In this document: piece after piece, positions 1-11,300 of the stretch
How positions within the stretch are numbered: position 1 is the first letter of the stretch
How the letters are laid out: each line of letters starts with the position of its first letter
Source of the DNA: an uncultured Gammaproteobacteria bacterium
Lineage (GTDB): Bacteria > Patescibacteriota > Patescibacteriia > UBA9934 > GWF2-40-263
Length of the DNA stretch: 64,000 nt
NCBI GenBank assembly: GCA_964399675.1
Contig: CAYNRK010000001.1
Coordinates: 424-64,423 of the forward strand
Direction of reading: 5' to 3'
Position numbers and translations under genes: made by a program
The notes under the pieces: model-generated
Told to the model about the DNA's origin: nothing
What the model saw: the letters and a program-made list of their open reading frames with translations, nothing else
The model's database searches: none

Positions 1-1090
1 GAGCATCAAGTTCCAGCGGCTCCATTTCCTTCCCAGCAGTTCCTTCTGTAATTTTGTAAACATCCTTATCAATCTTTTTAAGTTCCTTTGACGAAGCGGT
101 GTAGGCTCTTACGGTTGTATCTAAATGTTTGCCAACCCTATTGTGATGATCTTCATAGGCACGCATGTGGCGCATAAGATTTTCTGTTTGCTTTTGAATA
201 TCTTTTACCGACTCTTCAATCTGGAGTGCTTTGAGTCCCAAAATCACAGTTTGAAGATAGGCAAAAAAGCTTGTTGGAGAGACGATCATCACCCCCTTTT
301 CAAATGCGTATTCAATTAAGTTACGGGTATTCACTTTGACAGCACCAACGTCAGCCGTAATCAAGTTGTGATAAACACCCTCAGCTGGAACAAACATGAA
401 TGCAAAGTTAGTTGTTCCCTTTTGAGGTTGAATATATTTTGATGTTTCGTCGATCCTTAGCTTTACATCAGACTTAAACTGCTTTTCCAATTCTTCACGA
501 CGTACAGCATCAGGTTCTTGTGAAATTCTGTTGTAGTTCTCAAGTGAAAATTTTGCATCAATCGGAATGATTAAATCTTTAATAAGTAAGACTGCATCAG
601 GAATCAGTTTTTGGCCAGATTCCTCGTGCACACCAAGTTGGTATTGCATTTTGTATTGTCCAGGAGGAAGAACCTGATTGAGAAGTGTCTCAAGCCAGTA
701 TTCACCAAGAATCCCCCGCTGCTTTGGATTTTTCAAAATATTCTCAAGACTCTGCAGCTGTTCTGAAAAATTAAGGACCTGTTTATTTGTTTCGTCTAAC
801 GTTGTAAGTCGTTCTGTTACGTCTTTGATAATTCCAGATGTGTGTACAAAGTGTTTTTGAAGAGTTGATGACGAATCAGTCATGTTTTTTACAAGCCGAT
901 GATGCATTGAGTCCAATTTTTCATGTACTTCCCTTCTTTGATCGTTTGAGGATTCCTGAATTTCCTTTCGTAAGTCATTAATGAGTTGCAGAGTTGATGA
1001 ATCTAAAGATCCGTCACCATGCTTTTTTGTTGCAAGATAGGCAATGATTAGACCAAGTGCGATTATTACAATAATTAAAAGATATTCCAT
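1..1090 (-). CDS. rmuC: DNA recombination protein RmuC (3' end runs off window)
   Basis: Manual translation from ATG 1090: N-terminal TM helix, coiled coil, KNPKQRGILGEYWLE, PDAVL..IPIDAKFS, FAFMFVPAEG, VSPTSF motifs. Confidence 0.9.
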   Translation of the reverse strand, partial: MEYLLIIVIIALGLIIAYLATKKHGDGSLDSSTLQLINDLRKEIQESSNDQRREVHEKLDSMHHRLVKNMTDSSSTLQKHFVHTSGIIKDVTERLTTLDETNKQVLNFSEQLQSLENILKNPKQRGILGEYWLETLLNQVLPPGQYKMQYQLGVHEESGQKLIPDAVLLIKDLIIPIDAKFSLENYNRISQEPDAVRREELEKQFKSDVKLRIDETSKYIQPQKGTTNFAFMFVPAEGVYHNLITADVGAVKVNTRNLIEYAFEKGVMIVSPTSFFAYLQTVILGLKALQIEESVKDIQKQTENLMRHMRAYEDHHNRVGKHLDTTVRAYTASSKELKKIDKDVYKITEGTAGKEMEPLELDA

Positions 1091-1192
1091 AAATTTTGTT
1101 TTGACTCACGTGATTTTGAAGGGTATTATGTTCTCGTGTTTGCCCAGTATATCATGATTTTTTAATTATCGATTTCATTTTACGACACTTAA

Positions 1193-1268
1193 GTCCCCGT
1201 AACTCAACAGGATAGAGTGCGTCCCTCCTAAGGACGAAATAGAGGTTCGAGTCCTCTCGGGGATACCA
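1193..1268 (+). tRNA. tRNA-Arg(CCT)
   Basis: Cloverleaf; anticodon arm CGTCC-CTCCTAA-GGACG, GGTTCGAGTCC T-arm, encoded CCA. Confidence 0.95.
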
Positions 1269-1286
1269 CATTCACTTTCTAAATTT

Positions 1287-1943
1287 ATGGCTTTAATCGA
1301 CAAGTACAGTGCCCTCCTCTTTGATCTTGATGGTTTGATGTTCAATACAGAAGAAATTGCACATGAAGCAATCAGTTACGTGGTTTCAAAATTTGGGGGT
1401 ACATTTTCAGATGAAATACATTCAAAGATTTTAGGTACACAAGCTCTTTATTATGTACCCTACATAATAAAGGACACCGGAATTGATTGCACAGTTGATG
1501 AGTTTAGACGACTAGAAAGAGAAAGGTTTTTTGAGAACTATGATCAGAAGGTCAAAAAGCTGCCAGGTTTAGATCAAATACTTGATCTTGGAAGGGTTTC
1601 TGGAAAGAAGATGGCTGTTGTAACTAGCTCTACACTCAGTTCAGCAAAAAAGAAACTTGGAGCTTTCGATTTAGAGGATTTTTTTGATGGGCTGATTACA
1701 GCAGACATGATTGAAAACGGAAAACCAGCTCCTGATGCGTATATTGTAGGAGCAAAATCTTTAGGGTTTTCACCAAATGAGTGCATAGTTCTTGAAGATG
1801 CAGAAAACGGCGTTGAGGCTGGTCATCGAGCAGGAGCCTTTACAATTGCAGTTCCAAATAGATTTAATGCTAAATGCGCTTTTAACTCAGCTGATTTTGT
1901 TTGTTCTGATTTACACCAGGCTGTTGAGTATCTAAGCATTTAG
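1287..1943 (+). CDS. HAD-superfamily phosphatase (beta-phosphoglucomutase-like)
   Basis: DLDG motif I, GKPAPD, LEDAENGVEAG. Confidence 0.9.
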   Translation: MALIDKYSALLFDLDGLMFNTEEIAHEAISYVVSKFGGTFSDEIHSKILGTQALYYVPYIIKDTGIDCTVDEFRRLERERFFENYDQKVKKLPGLDQILDLGRVSGKKMAVVTSSTLSSAKKKLGAFDLEDFFDGLITADMIENGKPAPDAYIVGAKSLGFSPNECIVLEDAENGVEAGHRAGAFTIAVPNRFNAKCAFNSADFVCSDLHQAVEYLSI

Positions 1944-2019
1944 GGCCCTTAGCTCAGTTGGCTAGAGCGTCGCATTCGCATTGCGAAGGCCAGCGGTTCG
2001 AATCCGCTAGGGTCCACCA
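1943..2019 (+). tRNA. tRNA-Ala(CGC)
   Basis: GGGCCCT/AGGGTCC acceptor with G3.U70, loop TTCGCAT, CCA end. Confidence 0.95.
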
Positions 2020-2040
2020 AGTTTAATAAATATTCAAATT

Positions 2041-2484
2041 ATGAAGCCAGGCACCGATTATACAGGGGTTACAACTGCTTTTTACTGTACTGATGGAAGT
2101 GGCAGGTTTCTTTTTCACAAAAGGAGCGAGAGCTGTAGAGATGAGCACGGAAAATGGGATTGTGGTGGTGGAAAATTGGAGTTCGGGTGTTCATTAAAAG
2201 AAAATGTTTTGCGAGAAGTTCAGGAGGAATACGGTTGTCCAGGAAAGATATTAAAGCAACTTCCTGCGCATTCAATGCATCGAGAATGGAAAGGTAAAGC
2301 TTTGCATTGGGTTGCTATATCTTTTATTGTTTTAATTAAAGCATCAGAAGCCAGAAATAATGAACCTGAGAAAATTTGTGAAATCGGATGGTTTGAATTA
2401 GATAATCTTCCTAGTCCACTTCATCCAGCAGTTAAAAAGGAAGTTAAAGACAGCCTTGAAGTTTTTAAGAAGTATTCAAAATAG
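2041..2484 (+). CDS. NUDIX hydrolase
   Basis: Nudix box GGKLEFGCSLKENVLREVQEEYG. Confidence 0.9.
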   Translation: MKPGTDYTGVTTAFYCTDGSGRFLFHKRSESCRDEHGKWDCGGGKLEFGCSLKENVLREVQEEYGCPGKILKQLPAHSMHREWKGKALHWVAISFIVLIKASEARNNEPEKICEIGWFELDNLPSPLHPAVKKEVKDSLEVFKKYSK

Positions 2485-2776
2485 AAAAAAGAAGTGCCGA
2501 TGTTCAACCATCGGTATTTTGTTTCTCGAGAAACAAAGAAAAAATTGAAAAAATATAAGAATTTGCTAATATTAGTAAAGAAATTGATACTGTCGTTTTT
2601 TCTTCGGAATCTTAATTTAATTTTACGACACGTCGTTGTCCACACCTGCGTAGACAAAACTCAAAATCTGTGGATAAGCAGGCCATTTTTGGCCACTTTT
2701 TGATTTTGAACAAAAATAAACGTTTTTTTGACCTATTTGTGGGTAACTTTTTAGCTAAGATTAGCTAAATTCTCCG

Positions 2777-2805
2777 TTGACTACTTTTGGTATTCATGGT
2801 ATACT
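2777..2805 (+). promoter_or_regulatory. sigma70-type promoter of surface-protein operon
   Basis: TTGACT-17 nt-TATACT with extended TG; DnaA-box-like 9-mers at 2636, 2669, 2738 and TTAGCTAA tandem at 2751-2768 upstream. Confidence 0.75.
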
Positions 2806-2825
2806 GTATTTGTATAGGTAGAACT

Positions 2826-3731
2826 ATGTTCAAACGCATTCTTACCTTTTCAATTGTGGGGATTTTTCTATATGTGAACTTTGTTCACGCAGAAATGTCC
2901 TCAACAAATTACAAGATTAGGTGGGACTCGTTCAGCACCGGTGGTTCTGATACATCAAGCTCAGCGAGTTATATTGTGCGAGATTCTATTACAGCTACAG
3001 CCACAGGATCTGGGTCCAGCTCTTCCTATCAACTACAGGACGGTTACGCGTCTGCCATTGATGATCAGATCATCTCATTCTCTCTAAAGATCCAAGATGT
3101 ATCAGACGAGCGAACTGCAACAGCTTTGGCAAGTACAACCGTGACAACGGATACAACAGGGGTTTCGGTTGATGATTACATACTCATTGTTCAAGACAAG
3201 GGTGCAAGTCAGGTGAGTGCCATTGGAAAGGTTTCTTCAATAGGAGCGGGCACACTGACTGTTGACTCGCTCACAACTTCTGGAAGCACACCCACAATTG
3301 ATGGAACAAACGATTATGTCTATCAACTAGATGGAAGCGCGATCACATATCCTACATTAAGTGATTCATATGTAAGAACAGCTGTGATCGGGTTTGAAGT
3401 CAGTTCACGGGTTGATAACGGATACGTTGTGCAGGTACTTGAAGATGGAAACATGAGAAATGATTCTGATGATATTGACGATGTGTCAGACGGTACAGTT
3501 ACCGCAGGAAGTGAAGAGTATGGTGCGCGTTCATCAGATTCATCATTATCAAACTCAACATTTGATACTGAAGATGCAGCAATCACGACTTCGTTTAAAG
3601 AAGTCGCTTCAACCACTTCTATGAGTTATGAAAGCCGGAACTTCATTACATTGAAAGCGGCAATTGCCACAGAAACACAGGCTGGATCGTATAGTCACAT
3701 CATCTCACTTATTGCTTCTGGAAATTACTGA
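2826..3731 (+). CDS. Secreted Ser/Thr-rich beta-sandwich surface protein (WxL-like C-terminus)
   Basis: Signal peptide ending VHA; C-terminal TQAGSYSHIISLIASGNY; start chosen downstream of the promoter. Confidence 0.65.
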   Translation: MFKRILTFSIVGIFLYVNFVHAEMSSTNYKIRWDSFSTGGSDTSSSASYIVRDSITATATGSGSSSSYQLQDGYASAIDDQIISFSLKIQDVSDERTATALASTTVTTDTTGVSVDDYILIVQDKGASQVSAIGKVSSIGAGTLTVDSLTTSGSTPTIDGTNDYVYQLDGSAITYPTLSDSYVRTAVIGFEVSSRVDNGYVVQVLEDGNMRNDSDDIDDVSDGTVTAGSEEYGARSSDSSLSNSTFDTEDAAITTSFKEVASTTSMSYESRNFITLKAAIATETQAGSYSHIISLIASGNY

Positions 3732-3732
3732 T

Positions 3733-4659
3733 ATGAAACGAGCTCTTTCCATTATCTGCTTCGTTGTTCTCGCATGGATTCCTTGCGCTGCATTTGGCGC
3801 CACTGTTGCACCGGCTTTAATTGAAGTAAGTGCAAGCCGCGGAGAAACAATTGAAAGTTTTTTTCAGGTGATCAATGCAAGTACAACTGAGCAGAAATAT
3901 TATCTGGGTGTGATGAAGTTTGAACCAACTGAAGGAACTGGAGCACCTTCCTTTATCTCGTATGAAAAAGATCGTTCCGGTCTTCCGGAATGGATCGATT
4001 TTCAAGTGAATGAATTTCCAGTGCCAGCAAATTCCAAGGTGGATGTACCGTTTACCATTGCCATTCCAGATGACATTTCCTCAGGAGGATATTATTCCGC
4101 ACTTACTGTCTCAAACGCTCCGCACGATATCGTTGCAACCAATGGTGCGATTGTGGATGCAAAGACAGCCGTGCTTGTTCTTTTAACGGTTGAAGGTGAA
4201 ACAAACGAAAGCGCAGTGCTTTTAGATCTTGTTTCAGACGTTGAGGGTAAGGCAGTCTCTTCAATAAAAGGAGAGTTTGTATATCGTATTCAAAACCAAG
4301 GTAATGTTCATGTTAGGCCAGAAGGCGTTCTCAGATTCAAGGATGTCTTTGGTAGGCAGATTTATTCTCAAGCCGTGAATGAAAAACAGGGAAGGGTCCT
4401 GCCATCATCAACAAGAACTTACAAAGAAGAAGTTGATCTTGGTGAAAATAGTTTTCTTGGAGCACTGAACTTTCAAATGAGAACATTGCTTGTTGGTCCT
4501 GTTACAGCTGAACTTGATTTGAAATATGGACAACAAGGACAATTGTTTGCAAAGACAAGTTTCTGGTTTGTTCCATGGCAGTTAATGATCTCGATTCTGA
4601 TTCTCGTCATTGTCGTTGTGTCCCTTTATAAAAAAAGTGCTAGGAGGTCTCGCACATAA
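3733..4659 (+). CDS. DUF916/WxL-interacting-like chaperone-fold membrane protein
   Basis: Signal peptide, VAPALIEV..GE..F.VIN, VPFTIAIP..GGYY, QNQGNVHVRPEG, VLP, C-terminal FVPW TM plus basic tail. Confidence 0.7.
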   Translation: MKRALSIICFVVLAWIPCAAFGATVAPALIEVSASRGETIESFFQVINASTTEQKYYLGVMKFEPTEGTGAPSFISYEKDRSGLPEWIDFQVNEFPVPANSKVDVPFTIAIPDDISSGGYYSALTVSNAPHDIVATNGAIVDAKTAVLVLLTVEGETNESAVLLDLVSDVEGKAVSSIKGEFVYRIQNQGNVHVRPEGVLRFKDVFGRQIYSQAVNEKQGRVLPSSTRTYKEEVDLGENSFLGALNFQMRTLLVGPVTAELDLKYGQQGQLFAKTSFWFVPWQLMISILILVIVVVSLYKKSARRSRT

Positions 4660-4672
4660 TTAGATCCCATGT

Positions 4673-7600
4673 GTGCAAAGTACAATTCGAAACATTTGGT
4701 ACACCCTATCAGTCGCGGCTATTTCAGTGGCGATTGTTGTGGTTGCGCCAGTGCATGCTGCAACCGTAACTAGTGGAAACGATTATCCGTCTACTTTGCA
4801 AACAAGTCAGGCGTCTAATCACAAGGTGTTCTTTACAACTCCAACAGGTGTGTCCGAGGGTTCAACAATAACCCTCACATTTGAATCAGAGTTTGATACA
4901 TCATCTATTACAGAAAACGATGTTGATATAGATGATGATGGGATTGATCTTACAACAGCTGCAAATTGTTCAGGATCTGAGGAAGCTTCCATTGCGATTG
5001 CTTCAGACGTTATAACAATAACGATCTGTTCAGGAGACGGTGGTGCAATTGCTGCGACAAGTGTTGTCACCATCGAGATCGGGGATAATGCGACAAGTTC
5101 TGGCACGGGCTCTAATCAGATCACCAACCCATCAGTAACCGCAAACTACAATCTCAATATTGCAGGAACTTTTGGAGATTCCGGATCCATTATTCTACCT
5201 ATTGGATCTGACGATTCTATAGTTGTCAGTGGAATTGTTCTTGGGGGCGGTGGAGGCGGTGGTGGAGGAGGAGGAGGTGATGAACCTGAACCGGAAGAAC
5301 CAGATGATGCAACAGCTCCTGTAATCAGCAATATCCTGACTTCAGAGATAACAACCACTTCAGCAACGATTACCTGGGATACTGATGAATCAGCAAATAG
5401 CTTTGTCGATTATGGTTTAACAGAAGAATTTGAAAGTGGTACTGAGAGTGATGCAAGTTTTGTTACACCTCATTCCATTGGTCTAAGTGGGCTTACAGAG
5501 GGGGCAACATATTCTTTCCGTATTCGATCTCAAGACAGTAGTTCTAATGAAGTAACTTCTGCAACACAAACTTTCACAACCCTTGATGAAACAGCGCCGG
5601 TCGTCACAGACATTGATGTAGTAGATATCACAACCACGTCAGCGCGCATTACATGGACGACAGATGAAGCAGCATCGAGCGCGGTTGAGTATGGTCTGAC
5701 AGATGAGTATGGAGATACAGAATCAGACGTTGCACTAGTTACTGATCATTCAGTGATTCTTACTGATCTTACTGATAACACCTCGTACAATTTCCGGATT
5801 ATTTCTGCGGATGCTTCTTCCAATCAGGTAACCACTGAAGATGCAACATTCACAACAGATGAAGATCTTCCACCAGCAAACGTGTCGGGTTTAAGTCTTA
5901 CAGCTGGAGACGGGGAGATAACTGTGACAATGACGAATCCTGAAGATAGTGATTTAGAAGGAGTGAAAATTATTGTTTGTGAAGATGAGGCACCATCCGG
6001 TCCACAAGATCCAGACTGTGAAATAATTTTTGACGGACTTTCAGAAACGTTTACACACATAGGACTCACCAATGGCAACATTTATTACTATGGAGTTTTT
6101 GCCTATGACAGGGCAGGGCAGTTCTCTTCTGGTGCGATTGAATCAGGTACACCAATCGCGCTAGAAGATGAGGTGCAGGAAGAAGAGGAGCCCGAAGCTG
6201 AGGAGCCCGAAGTGGGCGCCGAAGCTGAGGAATCCTTAGAAGATTCTGAAGACGCAGCAGATTCTGGATTAGGAGATTCGGCCGGTGAAGCGGGCGAATC
6301 AGATGATTCAGATGATGGAGCATCTTCAGGTGCTGACATCCCATCAGACACGAGTACGGGGTCAGATTCTGGTACAGGTTCGGGTACTGGAAGTTCGTCC
6401 TCTGGAGTGTCAGGAGATTCTTCTCTGCAAGGCGCAGTTGAAGGTCAATTGGATCGCACAGATGTGCGCATCCTCGTTGGTGCCGGTAAATTGATTCTTC
6501 GATCCACAAGCTCAGGTGTGATCGAGATAATCAAAGACACTAAGGTCACCATAGAGATTCCCGCAAGTGAGCTGGGTCAGGGAATCGTCAAGTCTGTCCA
6601 ACTAACAGTTGGATCAGATACATATCTTATGCGTCCCGTTACAGAAGGGGACGTGCACGCTCTTTATCGTTTTGAGCGCTCAAGCAAGAAACTCTCTCAG
6701 GGATCGCGCATTACCCTTGCGCAGTTCCAAGAGGAACCGATAGAGGCCTATCAGGCCGGCGTTGTTATTCCTTCTGAGCTTGGTTTGCATGAGCTCACGA
6801 TTACCGCCACGTATGAGAACAACAAAACCTCTTTTGTTTCTTCATACCTCAGCGTCCTGGCAGCCGGTCAGGTCATTGGGGACATCGATGGTGAAGAAAC
6901 TACACTTGGTGAAGTTGCTCTTACAGTTCACGAGAAAATTGGAAAAGAATTTATTGTCTGGGATGGGTCGTCCTATAATCAATTCAATCCATACGTGACA
7001 ACAAGCGGTTCGTTTGCTTGGTATGTTCCAAACGGAACTTACAAAGTCGTTGCCTCAGCCAATGGGTTTGAGGTGTATGACTCAGGAGCGTTCATTGTAA
7101 GCAACTCCATCATCAATCCACTTGTTGTGCTTCTTCCTCTGGTCAAGGAAGAGCCGGACAATGTGTTGCAAGAGGTTGCGCTGGCAACAACAGAAGTGGC
7201 GACAACTGTTGTTGAAGCAGTAACCGAAACATTCAGCGCTGTTACAGAATCAGAAGTGGCAAAAGCCATTGATGAAGGATTGGAAGCGGTTCGTGAGCTT
7301 CCTGGTGTAGAGGAAGCTGCCGAAATCTCAGTTCCAACCTTAGCGGTTACTGCAGGTGCAAGCGTTGTGGTGATGACAATTGCGTTCGATTTTCTACCAC
7401 TTCTTCAATATTTTTTCACTGCCCCAATTCTATTTTTTGGGCGCAGACGGCGAAAGGGCCATGGTGTTATTTATAACGCCATTTCAAAAGAGCCCGTGGA
7501 CTTAGCCGTGGTCCGACTCTTTCAACTTGATGCGAAAAATCCAACAGCGCGCGGGAAATTGGTCAAATCTCGTGTAACCGGAAAAGGTGGTCAGTACTTT

Positions 7601-8395
7601 TTCTTGGTAAAGCCTGGAATATATCGCATTGAAGCCACAAAGGCTGGATTCGATTTCCCATCGAGTTTCTTGAAAGAGAAAAAAACTGACGGTTCTTACC
7701 TTGATGTATATCACGGCGAGACCGTTACGGTTCGTGATGAAGGAGCAATCATCTCAGCGAATGTTCCTATAGATCCATCACAATCAGCAAAATTCACCAC
7801 ACCAGCAAAGATCATTTTCCAAGAACGGTTGCGAATGGTGCAACGTGGAATTGCATATGCAGGAATCCTTGCTTCAGTGGTGTTTGCAATCATTCGACCC
7901 GACATGCTTGCGGTCGGAATGGTTGTTGTACAGGGCGGTGTGTATTACCTGGCACATCGATTAGCTGCACCGCCCAAGTTGCGTAGTTGGGGAATTGTAT
8001 ATGACGAACAAACCAAACGTCCTCTTGCAAACGCTGTAGCTCGTATCTTTGAACCAAAGTACAACAAACTGCTTGAAACAAAGATAACTGATAGTAAAGG
8101 ACGTTATGCATTCTTGCTTGGTCCAAGTAAGTATTACGCTGTGTTTGAAAAACAAGGATTCCGTCCAACACAACTTAAGGGAATCGATTATCAAGGGAAT
8201 CAAGCGGCAACACCGTTTACAGAAGATGTTGGTATGAAGTCAGTTGATGGAAGCACGTCTCAAATGCCTCTTATAAATTCTTCTACCCCCTCGACAAGCT
8301 CGGGGAGTATTAACGAGAAAAAAATATCGCCTGAGCCTGTCGAAGGCCAGCAGTTAGACAGAGATCCAGACGATAAAACTCAATTCCAATTATGA
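4673..8395 (+). CDS. Large surface protein with fibronectin-III repeats and carboxypeptidase-regulatory-like domains
   Basis: Signal peptide, poly-Gly linker, repeated SATITWxTDE..VDYG..H.V.L..L..Y.FRI, acidic linker, TM segments, TDSKGRYAFL. Confidence 0.8.
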   Translation: MQSTIRNIWYTLSVAAISVAIVVVAPVHAATVTSGNDYPSTLQTSQASNHKVFFTTPTGVSEGSTITLTFESEFDTSSITENDVDIDDDGIDLTTAANCSGSEEASIAIASDVITITICSGDGGAIAATSVVTIEIGDNATSSGTGSNQITNPSVTANYNLNIAGTFGDSGSIILPIGSDDSIVVSGIVLGGGGGGGGGGGGDEPEPEEPDDATAPVISNILTSEITTTSATITWDTDESANSFVDYGLTEEFESGTESDASFVTPHSIGLSGLTEGATYSFRIRSQDSSSNEVTSATQTFTTLDETAPVVTDIDVVDITTTSARITWTTDEAASSAVEYGLTDEYGDTESDVALVTDHSVILTDLTDNTSYNFRIISADASSNQVTTEDATFTTDEDLPPANVSGLSLTAGDGEITVTMTNPEDSDLEGVKIIVCEDEAPSGPQDPDCEIIFDGLSETFTHIGLTNGNIYYYGVFAYDRAGQFSSGAIESGTPIALEDEVQEEEEPEAEEPEVGAEAEESLEDSEDAADSGLGDSAGEAGESDDSDDGASSGADIPSDTSTGSDSGTGSGTGSSSSGVSGDSSLQGAVEGQLDRTDVRILVGAGKLILRSTSSGVIEIIKDTKVTIEIPASELGQGIVKSVQLTVGSDTYLMRPVTEGDVHALYRFERSSKKLSQGSRITLAQFQEEPIEAYQAGVVIPSELGLHELTITATYENNKTSFVSSYLSVLAAGQVIGDIDGEETTLGEVALTVHEKIGKEFIVWDGSSYNQFNPYVTTSGSFAWYVPNGTYKVVASANGFEVYDSGAFIVSNSIINPLVVLLPLVKEEPDNVLQEVALATTEVATTVVEAVTETFSAVTESEVAKAIDEGLEAVRELPGVEEAAEISVPTLAVTAGASVVVMTIAFDFLPLLQYFFTAPILFFGRRRRKGHGVIYNAISKEPVDLAVVRLFQLDAKNPTARGKLVKSRVTGKGGQYFFLVKPGIYRIEATKAGFDFPSSFLKEKKTDGSYLDVYHGETVTVRDEGAIISANVPIDPSQSAKFTTPAKIIFQERLRMVQRGIAYAGILASVVFAIIRPDMLAVGMVVVQGGVYYLAHRLAAPPKLRSWGIVYDEQTKRPLANAVARIFEPKYNKLLETKITDSKGRYAFLLGPSKYYAVFEKQGFRPTQLKGIDYQGNQAATPFTEDVGMKSVDGSTSQMPLINSSTPSTSSGSINEKKISPEPVEGQQLDRDPDDKTQFQL
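8288..8346. repeat. Palindromic REP-like element in frame near the C-terminus of the Fn3 protein
   Basis: CCCTCGACAAGCTCGGG ... CCTGAGCCTGTCGAAGG imperfect inverted repeat encoding PSTSSG...SPEPVEG. Confidence 0.75.
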
Positions 8396-11300
8396 TCCGC
8401 ACCTTGCGATCAAAATTCATTAACCTATTTACCATCATCTCCATGCTTGTGATGGTATTTGGCGTTACTGGAATTCTGAGCGCAGCTTCTGCACCAAACA
8501 TAATCACTTACCAGGGGCGAATCTTAAACTCAAATGGAGTTCCTGTCTCAGACGCTTCATTGGCAATTGTGTTTGCACTTTATGATGCATCAACAGACGG
8601 TACATGTGTTTGGTCAAACTCAAGCGCCAGTTGTGCCACAACAACAACCATAGCAGTCTCGCTCACAAGCGGGCTGTTTACAGAGAATTTAGGTGACACA
8701 GATGATAGTTACGCAGCCATTGGGGATTCAATTTTTTCTGACAACGCAACACTTTATCTTGAAGTGATTGTTGCCGGCGAAACACTGACTCCTCGAAAAA
8801 GAATTACAGCCGCGCCATATGCGCTGAACGCAGATACGCTTGATGGTATTGATTCATCATCGTTTTTACAAGCATCTGGAGGAGATTTAGAGCTAACTGG
8901 AAGTTTGTCAGTTGGAGATGGTGCTCCAAACAGAATTACACCAGATGACGAAGAGGTTTATATTGAGGGGGCGCTTGAAGTTGATGGAGCTGCTTATTTT
9001 GATAATAGAATCGCAGCAAACCTAAGCAGTGCAACAGATAGTTTTATCAATCTGACAAGCACTGGCGATTTTATATTTTATGATAACGGAACTGCCGCAA
9101 TGACAATTGATGATTCCGGAGATGTAACACTTGCTGGTGGCTTGGCGGTTAACGGTGACGATATAACTTCAGACGGCAATCTTGAAATTGAAGCTACTGG
9201 TTATGTTCGGGTTGGTGATTCAGGAGTCCCAACAACCGCAAGTTCTGATGACGACTTGTTTGTTACAGACGATCTTGAAGTTGATGGGATTGGTCGTTTT
9301 GATCTTGGTGCTTCAGATTACTTATTGGTTAATGCAGCTTCATTTGATTCAACCACAACAACAGGAGCTCTAAGTATTTATGTTGATTCTGAAACAAATA
9401 ATAACAGAGGAATTTTTCTTGATTACGAGTTTTTAGATGATGATGATGGTACAGATACAGGCGTTGGAATGTTCATGAATCTATACAACACCACAGCAGA
9501 TGATGGAGACACAATTTACGGCATTCACATTGATCAGGTTACATCAAACATTGGAACAGATGCTCTGATTCGTCTTGAGAATTCTGATACCGATGCTGCT
9601 GACGCTGTTATCAACGCGATTCTGATTGATGGTGCCGGAGCTATTACTGATGCAATTGATGCAGCAGATAGTGATATTGAAAACGCATTGCACATTGATG
9701 CTAACTTTATAAGACACAATAATCTCAGAACTGCTGAGATAGATATAAATACACTCACTTGGGAAGATGTTTCCGGAAATGATTTGATGACACTTACTGA
9801 TAATTCGAATACTGGAGACCTTGTTCTTACCGGTGATCTTGCTGTTAACGGCGATGATATTACTTCAGATGGGAATCTCGACATCATTGCTACCACTTAT
9901 GTAGGTGTTGGATCTGAGAGCCCTAGTTCAGCAACAGGGGCCGGTGATCTATTTGTATCAGATGCTATTGAAATAGACGGCCTATCTTATCTTAAAGGCC
10001 AAGTACAAACCTCAAGCAATGTTCTTGCAACTCTAGATGGTACTGAGCAATTTCGCGTTGATATTACTGGGACTGGATCGTTTTTAGTGAGAGACGGGGC
10101 TGCTGATATTTTTGTTCTTGACGATGAAGGTGCTGTTACATTTACACTTGATTCAATAGATGATCCAGCTTTTACAATCACAAATAATGGATCATCAAAT
10201 GTAACAACAAATCTTGCTTCAACAGGAGATTTTGTGATTCAAGACAACGGCACTCCAGCCTTCACAGTTGATGATTCCGGTGATGTAACACTTGCTGGCG
10301 ACTTGGCAGTTAATGGAGACGATATTACTTCAGATGGAGATTTGACAATCAACCCAGCAGGCGGACAGGTTAGTCTTGCAGATGGTGACACACTTAACAT
10401 TGGTGGAACTGCTGCAGGTCAGGCTTACAATGTGATTGGTGACAGTGTTGCAACTGCAAGTGGGCAGACTGATTCTGATGACGATCTTTATATAGAGGGT
10501 GATTTAGAAGTTGATGGACTGGTTGTGTTTCAAGGATCACAATTTCAAATCGATGCATTACCAACAACTGCAACAACGGGTGTTATTGATGTGGATATTT
10601 CGACCGTAACTGCTGGTGTTGAGGGTTTAAATATTTATATAACTCAGTCGGATGGTTCAGCTAGTGGTGCAGATGTTGAGGCCATTAATTTAACTCTTGC
10701 GGCAAATGATGCAGATGGTGACATGTTTGGAATTGATATAGTCGCAAATGCAACTGATAACGCAGCAGCGGGTTCTTATGAAGCACTTATCCGTCTTTCA
10801 AACACCGAGCCAACAGCTTCAACAGTAACCGACGCTCTTCTTGTTACAACATCATCTGGTACATCTGGTGATATTGTGGACGCTGTTGATGCTTCAGCCG
10901 GTGACATTACAAATGCTCTTAATGCTGGGAGTAACTTTGTATTATTTAATGGAACGCGAGCATATTCATCAAGCTCTACTGTCTTAGTTTTTGAAGATAC
11001 AGCCGGAAACGACTTAATGACAGTTACTGACGCAGGAACAACTGGAAATTTGGCAGTGAGCGGAAGCCTTGCCGTGACTGGAAATTTGGTTGCAAGCAGT
11101 GATGTTAGTTGTACAGACTGTTTGGATTTTCCAGATTTTGAGGACACTCTCGATTTTGATTCAGACACACAATTCACACAGAATGGTACTGAAACTCTTA
11201 CTTTTTCAAACCAAGGAACAGGTGCAATAACATTTGATCTAACATCAACCGGGGATTTTATTGTTGCAGATGATGGAACACCAGCATTTACTGTAAACGA

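Noticed and set aside
2600-2770. Possible oriC from clustered DnaA boxes
   Set aside because: Only one perfect box, no dnaA/dnaN nearby, and similar boxes occur at other promoters; GC skew not computed.
5243-5278. Poly-Gly GGN run as phase-variable repeat
   Set aside because: Mixed codons, in frame; ordinary linker.
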